The position numbers were made by a program, and so were the translations under genes. The notes below the pieces were generated by a model. That model ran no database searches and was not told the origin of the DNA. It saw nothing but the letters and a program-made list of their open reading frames with translations. Below are positions 26,402 through 35,830 of a stretch of DNA of 39,708 nt, piece by piece; position 1 is the stretch's first letter, and each line of letters starts with the position of its first letter. The stretch is from positions 1-39,708 of the IMG/VR virus record IMGVR_UViG_3300037470_001284; one strand, given 5' to 3'. Source of the stretch: a virus. Lineage: Duplodnaviria > Caudoviricetes.

Positions 26402-27970
26402 CTACCAATCCTCATCATCGTCGTCCTCGTAGGTTGGGTTGCCGCGTTTGTAATCGCCTGCCGTTTCCGCTTCGTCGTCATCGGCAAGCATGCCGTCGAC
26501 CAGCAGCATGCGGATAGCATAAACCAAAGCGTCCACCATATCGTCGTGGCTGGCGTTCGGGAACTCGACAAGCTGATCGTACAACGCCTGGCCATTCCGG
26601 ATCTTCTTGACGATGAAAATCCGCCCGGCTTCAAAGAATCGCGCAACCGCGAGCAAACGCCGCACTTTGTCTTTATCGGCTTTCAACCCGACCGTAGGCA
26701 GTCCGGCCAGCAGTTCCTTAAACACAAGCTCAAGCACGCCATTTTCAACGCCGATAGCGTTCGGCTCAAAGACAATATTAAGGTCCTCGATTTCTTTGGT
26801 GTTCCTGGCTGGCGATAGGCGCCTGTTGCCGACAGCCCGCACATAGATGTTTCCGTCGATACCAAGCGAGGCCACGATCTTGCCGGTCGGGTCGGCCGTT
26901 TGTTTTTCACTCGCCGCCGGGTCCACGGTCAGTACAGTGGCTACCAGGGCGTCGTCCTGCGGCACCTCTCTCGCGTCGCACCACTGTATCCAGTCGGGCT
27001 GTATGATAGCGTCTTCTTCGTTGATCGGCTTGTTCTGCCGCTCCTGAGCAAAGGCCAGCGAGCCGATGAATTTCCAGCCGTTCTTTTTACAGAGCACCGG
27101 ATTGTCCCGGATGGCTTTCAGGTATTCTACAGATTCATGCTCCGGCCAAAGCGCGTACTCGCGGCCTTTCTTGTCGGTATTAAGGGCAACATATAGCCGG
27201 GTGTGCCACGACTCGAACATCTCGTTGTTCTTGATGATGTTGTTAAGCAAGCTGTCGTGGTGCAATATCGTGCCTATTTTTATTGCCCGGCCCCCCTCTT
27301 TTTTAAGCGCGCCCAATGCCGCCTTGGTCAACCACCTTTTAATCTTCTTACGCTGCTCGGCGCTGGCTACCTGCTCGTCGTTTTCAAGGTCGTCAAAAAT
27401 CAATAAGTCCGGCCGGTGCTCCCGATGGCGCAAACCTCGAACTTTCATGCCATAACCGAGAGCCACGACCTTAATGCCGGTGCTGGTAACAAAATCGCCG
27501 TCTCGCCAGTAATCGCCGGTCAGATCACCGAATAGCCACCGGATTATAGTGTTACCTTCGAATTCGTCTTTTAGGGCATTCACGAACTCTACCGACTGGC
27601 TATATGTGTCGCTGATAACAATAGGGAAGTGTACCTTGCGGAAGCAGACCGCCCAAAGCAGGTAGTCGTGACAAACCAGCGTCGATTTAGCATGACCACG
27701 CGGCGCAGCAAAGCCCACTAGAGGCAATTCAGGGTTGCTGATGTCGCCTAGGATCTCACGATGGAATTCGGGCGTCTCCAGCGGGTGATAGTTAGGGCTG
27801 ACAAACCACGCAAACAAATGGATGTTTTCGCGGCGCTCAAATATAGCCAGCAGCAGCTCGCGCAGTCGCGGTTTATTGTGCTTGTATCGCTCGCAAAGCC
27901 GGGTAATATCAGCTCTGGTGATATTCGCCAAAGAGGGCCTCGTCCAGCTCTTTTTCTGTAACTGGGACAT
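26402..27970 (-). CDS. terL: Terminase large subunit
   Basis: APRGHAKST Walker A, LLIFDDLE Walker B, IGT, VDPA and HDDMVDA nuclease motifs. Confidence 0.93.
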   Translation of the reverse strand: MSQLQKKSWTRPSLANITRADITRLCERYKHNKPRLRELLLAIFERRENIHLFAWFVSPNYHPLETPEFHREILGDISNPELPLVGFAAPRGHAKSTLVCHDYLLWAVCFRKVHFPIVISDTYSQSVEFVNALKDEFEGNTIIRWLFGDLTGDYWRDGDFVTSTGIKVVALGYGMKVRGLRHREHRPDLLIFDDLENDEQVASAEQRKKIKRWLTKAALGALKKEGGRAIKIGTILHHDSLLNNIIKNNEMFESWHTRLYVALNTDKKGREYALWPEHESVEYLKAIRDNPVLCKKNGWKFIGSLAFAQERQNKPINEEDAIIQPDWIQWCDAREVPQDDALVATVLTVDPAASEKQTADPTGKIVASLGIDGNIYVRAVGNRRLSPARNTKEIEDLNIVFEPNAIGVENGVLELVFKELLAGLPTVGLKADKDKVRRLLAVARFFEAGRIFIVKKIRNGQALYDQLVEFPNASHDDMVDALVYAIRMLLVDGMLADDDEAETAGDYKRGNPTYEDDDDEDW

Positions 27971-28508
27971 CTAAACTCAGCTCCTTATTCTCGGTTTTTA
28001 TTGGTCCGCCATCGTCGCCGGTCACTTCTTTGCGGGTGCTGAATTCATCCTTGACCCGGCGCTCAAGCCACCACATTGCGACTCTCTCGTTGCCTTCAAA
28101 GATCTTCTGCGCTATAACCTCACGGGCCCTAAAGCCGAGTTTGACGCGCGCTTGGTCCATTTTGTCGGAAAAGTCGGTGTCTTCTTTGAGCCAAGCATAG
28201 TAAGTGTCGCGGTTGATACCAGCGTATTTGCATGCATCCGTAACGCTCAGGCCATTGTTGAAAGCAGCAACTAGCAATCCGACTACATTTGGCGTTTTTT
28301 TCTTTGGCGGTCCTAAATTGGACTTACGCTTTGTGCCGCTGCGCTTCTGGCCGTGCGGTTTCCGGTGCACTTTATTCCAGTGGGCGGTTATAGATCCTTT
28401 GGCTTTAGCTTTGTAGTCGCAGCCTTTTTCATCACAGATAAACACACTGGGATCCGGCTGTTTCTTATTTTTACCGGGATTCCCGGCCTTTTTAGATTGC
28501 TTCGCCAT
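27909..28508 (-). CDS. terS: Terminase small subunit with N-terminal C2H2-like finger
   Basis: GLSVTDACKYAGINRDTYYAW HTH, WWLERR, EVTGDDGGPI; start re-called at MAKQ. Confidence 0.8.
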   Translation of the reverse strand: MAKQSKKAGNPGKNKKQPDPSVFICDEKGCDYKAKAKGSITAHWNKVHRKPHGQKRSGTKRKSNLGPPKKKTPNVVGLLVAAFNNGLSVTDACKYAGINRDTYYAWLKEDTDFSDKMDQARVKLGFRAREVIAQKIFEGNERVAMWWLERRVKDEFSTRKEVTGDDGGPIKTENKELSLDVPVTEKELDEALFGEYHQS

Positions 28509-28527
28509 TTCCTTTGCCCCTTTCGAC

Positions 28528-28581
28528 AATAAAAAACACGGCTGCCTTGCAGACAACCGTGTTCCTTGGTCTAATTATACC
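28528..28581 (-). promoter_or_regulatory. Late-type promoter plus leader hairpin (copy 7, terminase)
   Basis: GGTATAAT; AACACGGTTGTC-TGCAA-GGCAGCCGTGTT-TTTT. Confidence 0.75.
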
Positions 28582-28834
28582 CTAGACCGTTAACACCTAC
28601 TTAAACTCAATCTCAAAGCTTGTCGTAAATAATAGGAAATAGGTCTAAAATTTCCATAAAATTTTTTAAGCGTTCGTCATTTCTTACGGTTGTTTCTTCT
28701 ATGAATCTTAGCTATTTCCTGAGTGATGAGGGCTTCAATATCCTCAGCCAACAAATGCCTGACACGGTTTACCGAGCCTTGGTGGGTTTCGCGGGTGATG
28801 TATTTGGCTGCTATGTTATTGCTTTTGATAGGCA

Positions 28835-29200
28835 TTACTTACCCTCCGATTCTTTCTTCTTAGCTCCCAAGATTGAGACTATATTTTTTAATTCTTTCTT
28901 TCTGCCTGACAATTCGAGTAAATTCATATCAAGCTCGTAGGCGGTTTCGGGGAGTGATAGTTGCTCATATCTTGACTTTGTAAGCTCCAGCAGTTCATTT
29001 AAGAGGGCGGTGCGTTCGGCTTCGTATAGTTGTACAAATCCTTTTTCTAGGGCAGAAAATAGCTTTCCAGTAAGTTCATCATTCTCAACGTTTGCTACTT
29101 TCAGAATCGGGTCTAATGCTGCGTGATGTAAACGGTTGATATGCTTTCTCAGCTCATTGTTCATTTTACTAGCTGGTGTGGTCATTTTTGGCGTATCCAT
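28835..29200 (-). CDS. Hypothetical protein
   Basis: 121 aa, GAGG RBS. Confidence 0.55.
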   Translation of the reverse strand: MDTPKMTTPASKMNNELRKHINRLHHAALDPILKVANVENDELTGKLFSALEKGFVQLYEAERTALLNELLELTKSRYEQLSLPETAYELDMNLLELSGRKKELKNIVSILGAKKKESEGK

Positions 29201-29275
29201 AATAGTACCTCGCTTATTGTTATTGTTTCGTAACCTTGCTTCAGCAATTCCATTAGGCGTTTTTCTGCGTATCTT

Positions 29276-29530
29276 TTACTCATTCTGATCTCCGTTATTG
29301 CTGCTGTCTGGGTTTTGGGGCGAAGCAAAATACTTATCAAAGCAATTTCTATTACAGAAATACAGGGCTTCTGGAAATTCCGGCCATCCCATCCATTCCG
29401 TTACCGCTCCACCGCCAGGCTTATGAGGCATAGCTTCCGATTTTACGACAATCCGGTAGTCCATGCTTGAACCGGTGTAACTAATATCCCTATCACAAAG
29501 ATCACAGTTTATAGTTGCAATTTTACCCAT
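29276..29530 (-). CDS. Hypothetical Zn-binding protein
   Basis: CDLC...FCNRNC. Confidence 0.6.
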   Translation of the reverse strand: MGKIATINCDLCDRDISYTGSSMDYRIVVKSEAMPHKPGGGAVTEWMGWPEFPEALYFCNRNCFDKYFASPQNPDSSNNGDQNE

Positions 29531-29737
29531 CTACTCAATCTCCTTGTCTGGGGTTTGGGACGGGGTATATCCAGCCTTTTTATAAATCATTTTGCCATTA
29601 CGTTTAATGTACTTTAAGTCGTGCATAACAGCGGAGTAGACAAAACGGGGTATCCACCAGCGATAACTAAAGCCAAATTCGGTAGGCTTTCTACTGGCCA
29701 TTATCCAAGTGCTGTTATAAGTTCTGATTTTTCCCAT
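29531..29737 (-). CDS. Hypothetical protein
   Basis: Abutting operon gene with GGAG RBS. Confidence 0.5.
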   Translation of the reverse strand: MGKIRTYNSTWIMASRKPTEFGFSYRWWIPRFVYSAVMHDLKYIKRNGKMIYKKAGYTPSQTPDKEIE

Positions 29738-29998
29738 CTACTCATCTCCTCTCTCTTCTGAAGTTATAGTTTGGGTAGTCTCCAGCTCCTCCTGAGTGCG
29801 GATAATCTGCCGTTCGAACTTCTGATTCTTCCCGTTTTGGCCGATCCCGAACCAATAAGCATTCAATTCATAGTTGAAGAATTCTTGTCCGCCATGGTTC
29901 AGGCGGTAAGTCAGGGCTACGACCTCAGCTTCAGCGTCGCCCCCATCAACTTTTACTTTGAGCTTTTGGCCTATGCTGTAGTTGTTGTTGATTTTCAC
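29738..29998 (-). CDS. Hypothetical protein
   Basis: Abutting operon gene, GTG start. Confidence 0.5.
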   Translation of the reverse strand: MKINNNYSIGQKLKVKVDGGDAEAEVVALTYRLNHGGQEFFNYELNAYWFGIGQNGKNQKFERQIIRTQEELETTQTITSEERGDE

Positions 29999-30059
29999 TT
30001 TTTACCCCTCTCAACCTTCTTAAACTCTTCTCTTGTGGTTTGTCTTGCGGTGTGGGTGG

Positions 30060-30629
30060 TCATAGCTGTATGTTCTTTCTATAGATTAGTTTTATGAGCA
30101 GTCCTTCTAACAGTTGTAGGTATTCTTTTTCTCCTAGTTGCGGTAGCTTTTTACACCTCTTGGTAAACTTATGCGTAAGGTAATAGCTTTTCTCGTCGTC
30201 AGGATTATTGCGAGTCTGCCAGCTACCATTCGGTTTTTGGACTATGTCAATCTCAATTAATCCTATTTCTGGAGGTAGCTCGCTTGGCTTGATAATTCCG
30301 GCGGGGGCGACAAAGTAAAAAACTCTGCAATACTTTAGATACTCCCGCCACTTTTTATCAGCCAGAAAATCAGACCTAGATACTTTTATTTCGTAACCGC
30401 GAGTTTCTCGATTCCAGCGACTAAAATAGAACAAGTCAAGCCTTCTGGCCTCACCGTAAGGGCAAAACTCGGAGACTCCTACGTCAAGATTGCCGTTGAA
30501 GCCCGTACTGCGTAGGTACTGCAATATATCCTCAGCGTTAATTTTAATACCATCTAGCTCTACTGTTTCGTCAACATCGTCACTATAAGGATTGTTTTTA
30601 ATTAGAACTGTTTGCGTGTCCTTACTCAC
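30060..30629 (-). CDS. MmcB-like PD-(D/E)XK nuclease-family protein
   Basis: RRLD...GYEIKVSRSDFLADKKW..YLKYC..FYFVAP. Confidence 0.8.
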   Translation of the reverse strand: MSKDTQTVLIKNNPYSDDVDETVELDGIKINAEDILQYLRSTGFNGNLDVGVSEFCPYGEARRLDLFYFSRWNRETRGYEIKVSRSDFLADKKWREYLKYCRVFYFVAPAGIIKPSELPPEIGLIEIDIVQKPNGSWQTRNNPDDEKSYYLTHKFTKRCKKLPQLGEKEYLQLLEGLLIKLIYRKNIQL

Positions 30630-30650
30630 TTCTTCCTCCCCTTCTTACAG

Positions 30651-30923
30651 TCATTTTTTAATTCTTTGTTTATGTTCAATAGTTTTTTGCTCCAAGAAGT
30701 CCGCGACGTAGCGCATGAACTCCCAGTCGGAAATACCTGGTGTGTCGACCTCGTAAACGTACTTCCGCCACGCTCCGTGCCAACTGATACGTCCGCAATC
30801 GTGATCAGGCTGCATGATATTGATTACCTGCCAGATGTTAGTCAAACCAGATTTAGACTTGCCGATAAGTTGGAACTCTATGAACGTTTCAATTGGCTTG
30901 TGGCCCATGCGCTGTCGACTCAT
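30651..30923 (-). CDS. Hypothetical phage protein
   Basis: GRISWHGAWRKY; coupled to its neighbour. Confidence 0.6.
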   Translation of the reverse strand: MSRQRMGHKPIETFIEFQLIGKSKSGLTNIWQVINIMQPDHDCGRISWHGAWRKYVYEVDTPGISDWEFMRYVADFLEQKTIEHKQRIKK

Positions 30924-31213
30924 TACTGGACTTCCTCATATGTGGCCTCAAAAATATCCGGCTTACAAGGGTAAAATTCACCCTTGACGCCCCTGATAAC
31001 ATAATCGCCTGAGGATATGTTCAGGGAGCCTTCAGGCGTCAGGATCTGGAAAGTTTTATAGTCCACGGTGTATCTTGGGTTTACACCGTTGCGCTCTAGC
31101 CAACGGCGAACCTCAGCACCATTCTTTAACCCATCATAACGCATGGCTTCAATTACTATTATGCCCGGTTTTTTGCGGTACTGTTTTACGCTACTCATTG
31201 CCGTCCTCGACAA
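30923..31213 (-). CDS. Conserved phage protein (YRKKP...GEFYPCKPDIF family)
   Basis: Recognisable widespread phage motif; start may be the second Met. Confidence 0.75.
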   Translation of the reverse strand: MSRTAMSSVKQYRKKPGIIVIEAMRYDGLKNGAEVRRWLERNGVNPRYTVDYKTFQILTPEGSLNISSGDYVIRGVKGEFYPCKPDIFEATYEEVQ

Positions 31214-31225
31214 GTATGCTTGTTT

Positions 31226-31435
31226 TCATTCTATGACCTCCGCGATCGCGGTAGTCTTGGCTATTTCAGGCATCCGCTTTGCCGCACGTATGGCGCTACT
31301 ACGGCGGGTGTAACCCTCGCTTTGGCAGACTATTTCGCCGTTTTTACCGACCAGGCGCCAGTACCACTGCGGCTTGGAGCCTTCGCCAGCGTTTTTGTCT
31401 ACTGAAGTTTTGAAAATTTGATATTGAGCGACCAT
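31226..31435 (-). CDS. DUF1508/YegP-like protein
   Basis: WYWRLVGKNGEIVCQSEGYTRRSSA. Confidence 0.85.
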   Translation of the reverse strand: MVAQYQIFKTSVDKNAGEGSKPQWYWRLVGKNGEIVCQSEGYTRRSSAIRAAKRMPEIAKTTAIAEVIE

Positions 31436-31453
31436 CTCACTCTCCTTTCCTGA

Positions 31454-31891
31454 TTACAGTGGCAAAATCTGCTGTTCTTTCAGCTCTTTGCCAACCTTAG
31501 CTGTTACGTCGATTTCATGTGCTGTATGATCCAAGTTCACGCTGCGTTGCTGCCACTTAGCCATGAACTGCAGCAACAGACGACTCAAAGCTTTCTGGCC
31601 TGCCTTGAGTTTCACTCGGGCAGTGCTGGCACTATCTTTGAGGTCGTTAAGTTCTTGATTACTGATTTCGGCCTGCTGAAGCCGCTTGCGGGCAACCTCT
31701 AGCTGGCCCTCAAGATCGGCAACAGTGTCGAACTCCGGTAATTTTTCGCGGACCTCGGCTATCTTAGCCACGATTTTATCAACCTCGACCTTGTTGCGGG
31801 CCACTTCGCGCGATTCTTCTGCTATCTGTTTCTGGTGGTGTTCCTTGGTCTCGGCGGGCTGAACCTGAGCCGTTACTGCCGCCCCGATCAT
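31454..31891 (-). CDS. Hypothetical coiled-coil protein
   Basis: 145 aa, ATGA overlap. Confidence 0.6.
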   Translation of the reverse strand: MIGAAVTAQVQPAETKEHHQKQIAEESREVARNKVEVDKIVAKIAEVREKLPEFDTVADLEGQLEVARKRLQQAEISNQELNDLKDSASTARVKLKAGQKALSRLLLQFMAKWQQRSVNLDHTAHEIDVTAKVGKELKEQQILPL

Positions 31892-32142
31892 TTACGTGCC
31901 TCCCAAGCTTTCTTACGCACATTTTGTAGCGCTTCGTAAAAAGTTTTTATATTACCTTCGACGTTGTCGTTAAAGAAGTCGTCACCCAGGCGGCGGCCGG
32001 TTTCATGATCCAGCTGAAATTCAAAGAAGGTTACGCGGCGACCCTGCTTGTTTGTGCCGGGCTCAGCATGCACTATGTCATGCCCTTGAGTTTCTATGTA
32101 GGCTGCGATGCCCTGATGTGATGTTCGATAGTTTCGTTCCAT
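31888..32142 (-). CDS. Hypothetical protein (DUF5659-like)
   Basis: YRTS..GIAAYI..QGH...RVTFFEF. Confidence 0.55.
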   Translation of the reverse strand: MERNYRTSHQGIAAYIETQGHDIVHAEPGTNKQGRRVTFFEFQLDHETGRRLGDDFFNDNVEGNIKTFYEALQNVRKKAWEARK

Positions 32143-32190
32143 TGTATTGTCCTTTGTTAATTAGCTTTAATTAAGGCGAATTCGCCAGAT

Positions 32191-32349
32191 TTAGAGAAAG
32201 TGGTTTGCTAGCTTAATAACCGCCCAAATGATCAGCGCCAAAATGCCAACCGATAACAGCACGGCTGCTGTCCCCATGACCATCGCTAAGCGGTTGACCT
32301 TATTAATTTGCTGAATCTGCCTGTCAAATTCTTTATCAAAATCGTGCAT
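32191..32349 (-). CDS. Small membrane protein (52 aa)
   Basis: Hand translation MHDFDKEFDRQ...LLSVGILALIIWAVIKL; AAGGA RBS. Confidence 0.55.
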   Translation of the reverse strand: MHDFDKEFDRQIQQINKVNRLAMVMGTAAVLLSVGILALIIWAVIKLANHFL

Positions 32350-32401
32350 TTATCTTTCCTTTGCTTAGAGTTTGTAAATGTGCGTTCAGGTGCTTGTCAG
32401 T

Positions 32402-33211
32402 TCATTGCTTACCTCCTTGGCTGAATAGGGTGTTATGTTCAAAATTGGTCCATAGGACCTCGGTGCGCGGACGTGCTCCATCGGCAAACGTGCCACGTTT
32501 GGTGCGATTCCAGTCCTTATAAAGCTCACCGTAAAGGTCGCTGGAGTAGCCGGAGAGTACCACTTGGCCCTTAACGCTTCGCAGTATTTCGGCTAGCTCT
32601 GTGTGTTCACTGTCAGGCATCTCGTACAGATATCGCTTCTGCCCGGTCCTTGTGCTGTGAACGTATGGTGGATCAACATAAAAAAGCGTGTTTGGTGAGT
32701 CGTGCTGCGTTATGACTTGACGGTAGTCTCGGCATTCAATTATTACACCTCGCAGCCGCTCAATCAGGGTATCTAAAACGTCGGCGTAGTTACGCCAGTC
32801 GTGCGCCGGCGTGGTGCCATTGCGGTGAGCATTGGCTCGAAATCCAGACTTGTGCCTAATTGAGTCGGATCCAAAGCCCATAAAGGACTTGATTATTGTA
32901 CGGCGGGCTTGCTCAATCTGATCGGCTGCCGGTTCGCTGGCTTCCTCAAATTCAATGCGCGAAAATGGAGTGAGGGTTAGCAAGCGCTTTAACGCGGGTC
33001 CGTTATCGCGCATCTGCAGAAACACGTTGTACACTTCGGCGTCTAGATCGTTATACACCTCTGCGTAGCTGCGGGGCTTCCGAAGAAGTACGCCGGCACC
33101 ACCACCAAAAGGCTCGACATAGATCTTATGATCAGGAAAGTGCGAGATGATCCAAGGCGCAAGGTTCCACTTACTGCCGTGATATCGGAGTGCTGGGCGG
33201 GCAGGTTTCAT
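32402..33211 (-). CDS. DNA adenine methyltransferase (Dam/D12 class)
   Basis: YHGSK, YVEPFGGG, YNDLD, VDPPY. Confidence 0.93.
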   Translation of the reverse strand: MKPARPALRYHGSKWNLAPWIISHFPDHKIYVEPFGGGAGVLLRKPRSYAEVYNDLDAEVYNVFLQMRDNGPALKRLLTLTPFSRIEFEEASEPAADQIEQARRTIIKSFMGFGSDSIRHKSGFRANAHRNGTTPAHDWRNYADVLDTLIERLRGVIIECRDYRQVITQHDSPNTLFYVDPPYVHSTRTGQKRYLYEMPDSEHTELAEILRSVKGQVVLSGYSSDLYGELYKDWNRTKRGTFADGARPRTEVLWTNFEHNTLFSQGGKQ

Positions 33212-33465
33212 CGCTTTGCCTCCGATTCAAACTTATATTTCGCTATTGGCATAGCACGCCTACCGTTGCCAAAAGAGCCATGCGCTATGCCAGTTGGTGC
33301 GTCACGATCAATAACTACGCGCCCCTTGACATCCAAAACGTCGTTGTAAAGCTCCTCGGCAACGTCCCGCACGATTGCGTCAGCACGCTCGCTAGGCATC
33401 ATGCTGTCGAGAGTACTGATTAGCCGATCGGCCATGTCTTTGACTGATTTACGTGTGGCGCTCAT
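33208..33465 (-). CDS. Hypothetical protein
   Basis: 85 aa, GGAGG RBS, ATGA overlap. Confidence 0.55.
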   Translation of the reverse strand: MSATRKSVKDMADRLISTLDSMMPSERADAIVRDVAEELYNDVLDVKGRVVIDRDAPTGIAHGSFGNGRRAMPIAKYKFESEAKR

Positions 33466-33490
33466 TTATTTGCCTCCAATTGCTGTTCGG

Positions 33491-34090
33491 TCATCGCACT
33501 GCCTCCAGCGCCTGTTTATAAGCAGTTTGTACTTCCATAAATGCATGATCGTCGCCACCCTTATCAGGATGGTGTTTATGGAGCATCTGCTTGTGAGCAG
33601 CTTTGATCACCTCAATGCTGGCATTAGGCGAAACTTCTAGCACTTCATGCCACGGCCGTACAGTCTGTGGCGTAACTATCACACTCTCAGGTAATGCCTT
33701 AAACCCACGGAATGCAGCATTTACCATCTCTTTAGCACCCCAACGCTCTAAGCCGCGCAGGGCTTCTATGGTCTTCCTTACAGCTTGTAGATTGTCCTTG
33801 ACTGTTGACCACTTATCGCAGGGGACACACTGTTGCTCGCCGTTCAGCGTGAAGTAAACCGCCACGCCTTTGTCTGCAGGCTCTCTACTATCAGCGTAGG
33901 GCAGCCCATCTCTCCGCAAAACAAAATTACTTGATATAACTACGCCAGTCGCGCCTAATAATCTAAGTTCCTTAAGTAACTGATCTCTTGCACGGCCAAA
34001 AGGCGTACCGAATTGTGCGCGTTTTGGGTACTCGGTGCGAGGCCAGCTCTGCGGCCACTGTAATGGATAAGCTTCAGTCATCATATTCAC
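33491..34090 (-). CDS. Phage protein with C-terminal DnaJ (J) domain
   Basis: YPLQWP..WPRT N-terminus; WHEVLEV...HHPDKGG. Confidence 0.88.
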   Translation of the reverse strand: MNMMTEAYPLQWPQSWPRTEYPKRAQFGTPFGRARDQLLKELRLLGATGVVISSNFVLRRDGLPYADSREPADKGVAVYFTLNGEQQCVPCDKWSTVKDNLQAVRKTIEALRGLERWGAKEMVNAAFRGFKALPESVIVTPQTVRPWHEVLEVSPNASIEVIKAAHKQMLHKHHPDKGGDDHAFMEVQTAYKQALEAVR

Positions 34091-34698
34091 CGGTTCGCCT
34101 CCATAAATGCTCGAGCAAATTTAGGCGCCGTAATCGCCCGGATGTCGGCTCTGGTAAGTTTAAGATGCGCGTACTTGGCTGGCTTTTTTGGTGACGCCCA
34201 TTTCTGCCGTTCAAAAGCAAGCGGATTCGACACAGTTGGCATGGGCATATTGAAGTAGCCCCATAGGTCCGTAAACTTCACATGTTTGTCGCCATACTCC
34301 CAGCCCCGAAAATAGCGGGTTGGGTTGCCCAGGAATTGCCGTAGCAAGCCCATCGGGTTTTCGAGCACCCAAAACTTGATCTTGCTATCCGGTGCCGATC
34401 GAGCAGCCCACACGATATCCATGCATGCCCTAACTACTCCTAGTGCTCCTTCAAAATCGCGCGGTGTCTTAGCAGTCGATCGGGCGCGACTGAACATGGT
34501 GCAGGGTGGTGCAGCAAGAACTCCATAAATATCACCTGTTTCTATCGGCTCAATCACTTCGGGATAGCGTCGCCAAAGCCTGACATCAAACTCGGGCAGT
34601 GTTATAAGCCGGACGTCATAGCCACGTTTTTTGTATGGTTCGCTCCAGCTACCGGTACCGCCACAGAGATCCAGTATTATCTTACTGCTGTTCTTCAT
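34087..34698 (-). CDS. Short DNA cytosine-5 methyltransferase-like protein
   Basis: LDLCGGTGSW, PPCT, LENP motifs. Confidence 0.8.
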   Translation of the reverse strand: MKNSSKIILDLCGGTGSWSEPYKKRGYDVRLITLPEFDVRLWRRYPEVIEPIETGDIYGVLAAPPCTMFSRARSTAKTPRDFEGALGVVRACMDIVWAARSAPDSKIKFWVLENPMGLLRQFLGNPTRYFRGWEYGDKHVKFTDLWGYFNMPMPTVSNPLAFERQKWASPKKPAKYAHLKLTRADIRAITAPKFARAFMEANR

Positions 34699-34994
34699 GC
34701 TTTGGCCTTTCCCGGCATAGCTACATGATTATCACGAAGACTGCCTACAACTCCGCAACCAGGGCAGATGTCGTTCTCGATGGTTATTACGTCTGAAGGC
34801 GCCTCGCCCTCCCAGCCACAGCCGGGCCCGCCTTTACCGTCGCTGCACTCCATGATATAAGGTTGGCCGCCAGGATGCGTCCAGCAGTGCTTTTCTGGGT
34901 TCCATATCAGACCCCGATCGCACCATGAGCACTCACGTTTGGTTACAGCAGGCACGAAAGCTATCTGCTTACCATGATTGTCGCCGGCTATCAT
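34695..34994 (-). CDS. Hypothetical Cys-rich protein
   Basis: CSWC, CGW, CPGC. Confidence 0.55.
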   Translation of the reverse strand: MIAGDNHGKQIAFVPAVTKRECSWCDRGLIWNPEKHCWTHPGGQPYIMECSDGKGGPGCGWEGEAPSDVITIENDICPGCGVVGSLRDNHVAMPGKAKA

Positions 34995-35131
34995 GCCTCC
35001 TCCTCGTCCGTTGCCCGATCCAGAAAAGTCGGATCCGTAAGCTTGGCCAGCTGGCGGTTAATAATCCTCCGGCGCTCATAAGCCAGGTAAATGCCGGTGA
35101 AAAAGTCGTGTATTTTACGTATAAGTTTCAT
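34991..35131 (-). CDS. Small hypothetical protein (46 aa)
   Basis: AAGGAG RBS; MKLIRKIHDFF...; ATGA coupling to the next gene. Confidence 0.45.
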   Translation of the reverse strand: MKLIRKIHDFFTGIYLAYERRRIINRQLAKLTDPTFLDRATDEEEA

Positions 35132-35337
35132 TTAGGTGCTCCTTTTCGTTGTTAAAATAGTCTTGTCTCTTCAGTGGGTTGGCAGGAGTTTTCCATGTGT
35201 GCACATGGGGGTGGGGTTTAGAAGGTGCAAGGTGCGTTTTTGGGTCCCACCCTAAAACGCGGTTCTTGCCAACCCGCAAAAGAGGCAAAACTCTATACAG
35301 GTCAGCTAGAGGGTCGTTGCATATGCACCTCTTTCCA

Positions 35338-35679
35338 TCAGTACGGCCACCCCTGCGCCATCCGGTAATCGCGGTCAATTTCCGCCCGGTCGCGTGCAGC
35401 CTCTTCCTCCTCTTGCTCAAGACGTGCGCCGATATTTATCAGCTCCAGATTAATGTCGACCTCATTAATCACCATCGCCTCATAAAACCAGTCGCCAAGG
35501 TCGAATCGATCGCAAAATGCGCTTGCCGCTTCTTCGGTGTGTTCCGGCAGATTATCGACGAGCTCGCGCAGCTCCCACGAACCCAAGTCGCAGATGACGT
35601 GATCGTCAATGACCTGAACCAGAGACTTAGTTTTGTGATTTATGGTTTTCATCGTCGCCTTCCTCAACCACGTAAACAT
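35338..35679 (-). CDS. Hypothetical acidic protein (start probably MKTINH)
   Basis: ORF in the early operon. Confidence 0.55.
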   Translation of the reverse strand: MFTWLRKATMKTINHKTKSLVQVIDDHVICDLGSWELRELVDNLPEHTEEAASAFCDRFDLGDWFYEAMVINEVDINLELINIGARLEQEEEEAARDRAEIDRDYRMAQGWPY

Positions 35680-35830
35680 GGGCTGGCAGCTTGCCGCGGT
35701 TGCGCTTTCTGTACTTCTCTACCTCGCTCTGATTAACGATGTGTTTGACGCTAAACATCGGCCTGGGAAATCTTTGGCGCTTGGTTTCGTCAACCATATA
35801 GATAGTTTTTTCGTTAGGCTTCTTGACCAT
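35627..35830 (-). CDS. Hypothetical protein
   Basis: GAGGAGG RBS; overlaps its neighbours. Confidence 0.5.
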   Translation of the reverse strand: MVKKPNEKTIYMVDETKRQRFPRPMFSVKHIVNQSEVEKYRKRNRGKLPAHVYVVEEGDDENHKSQN

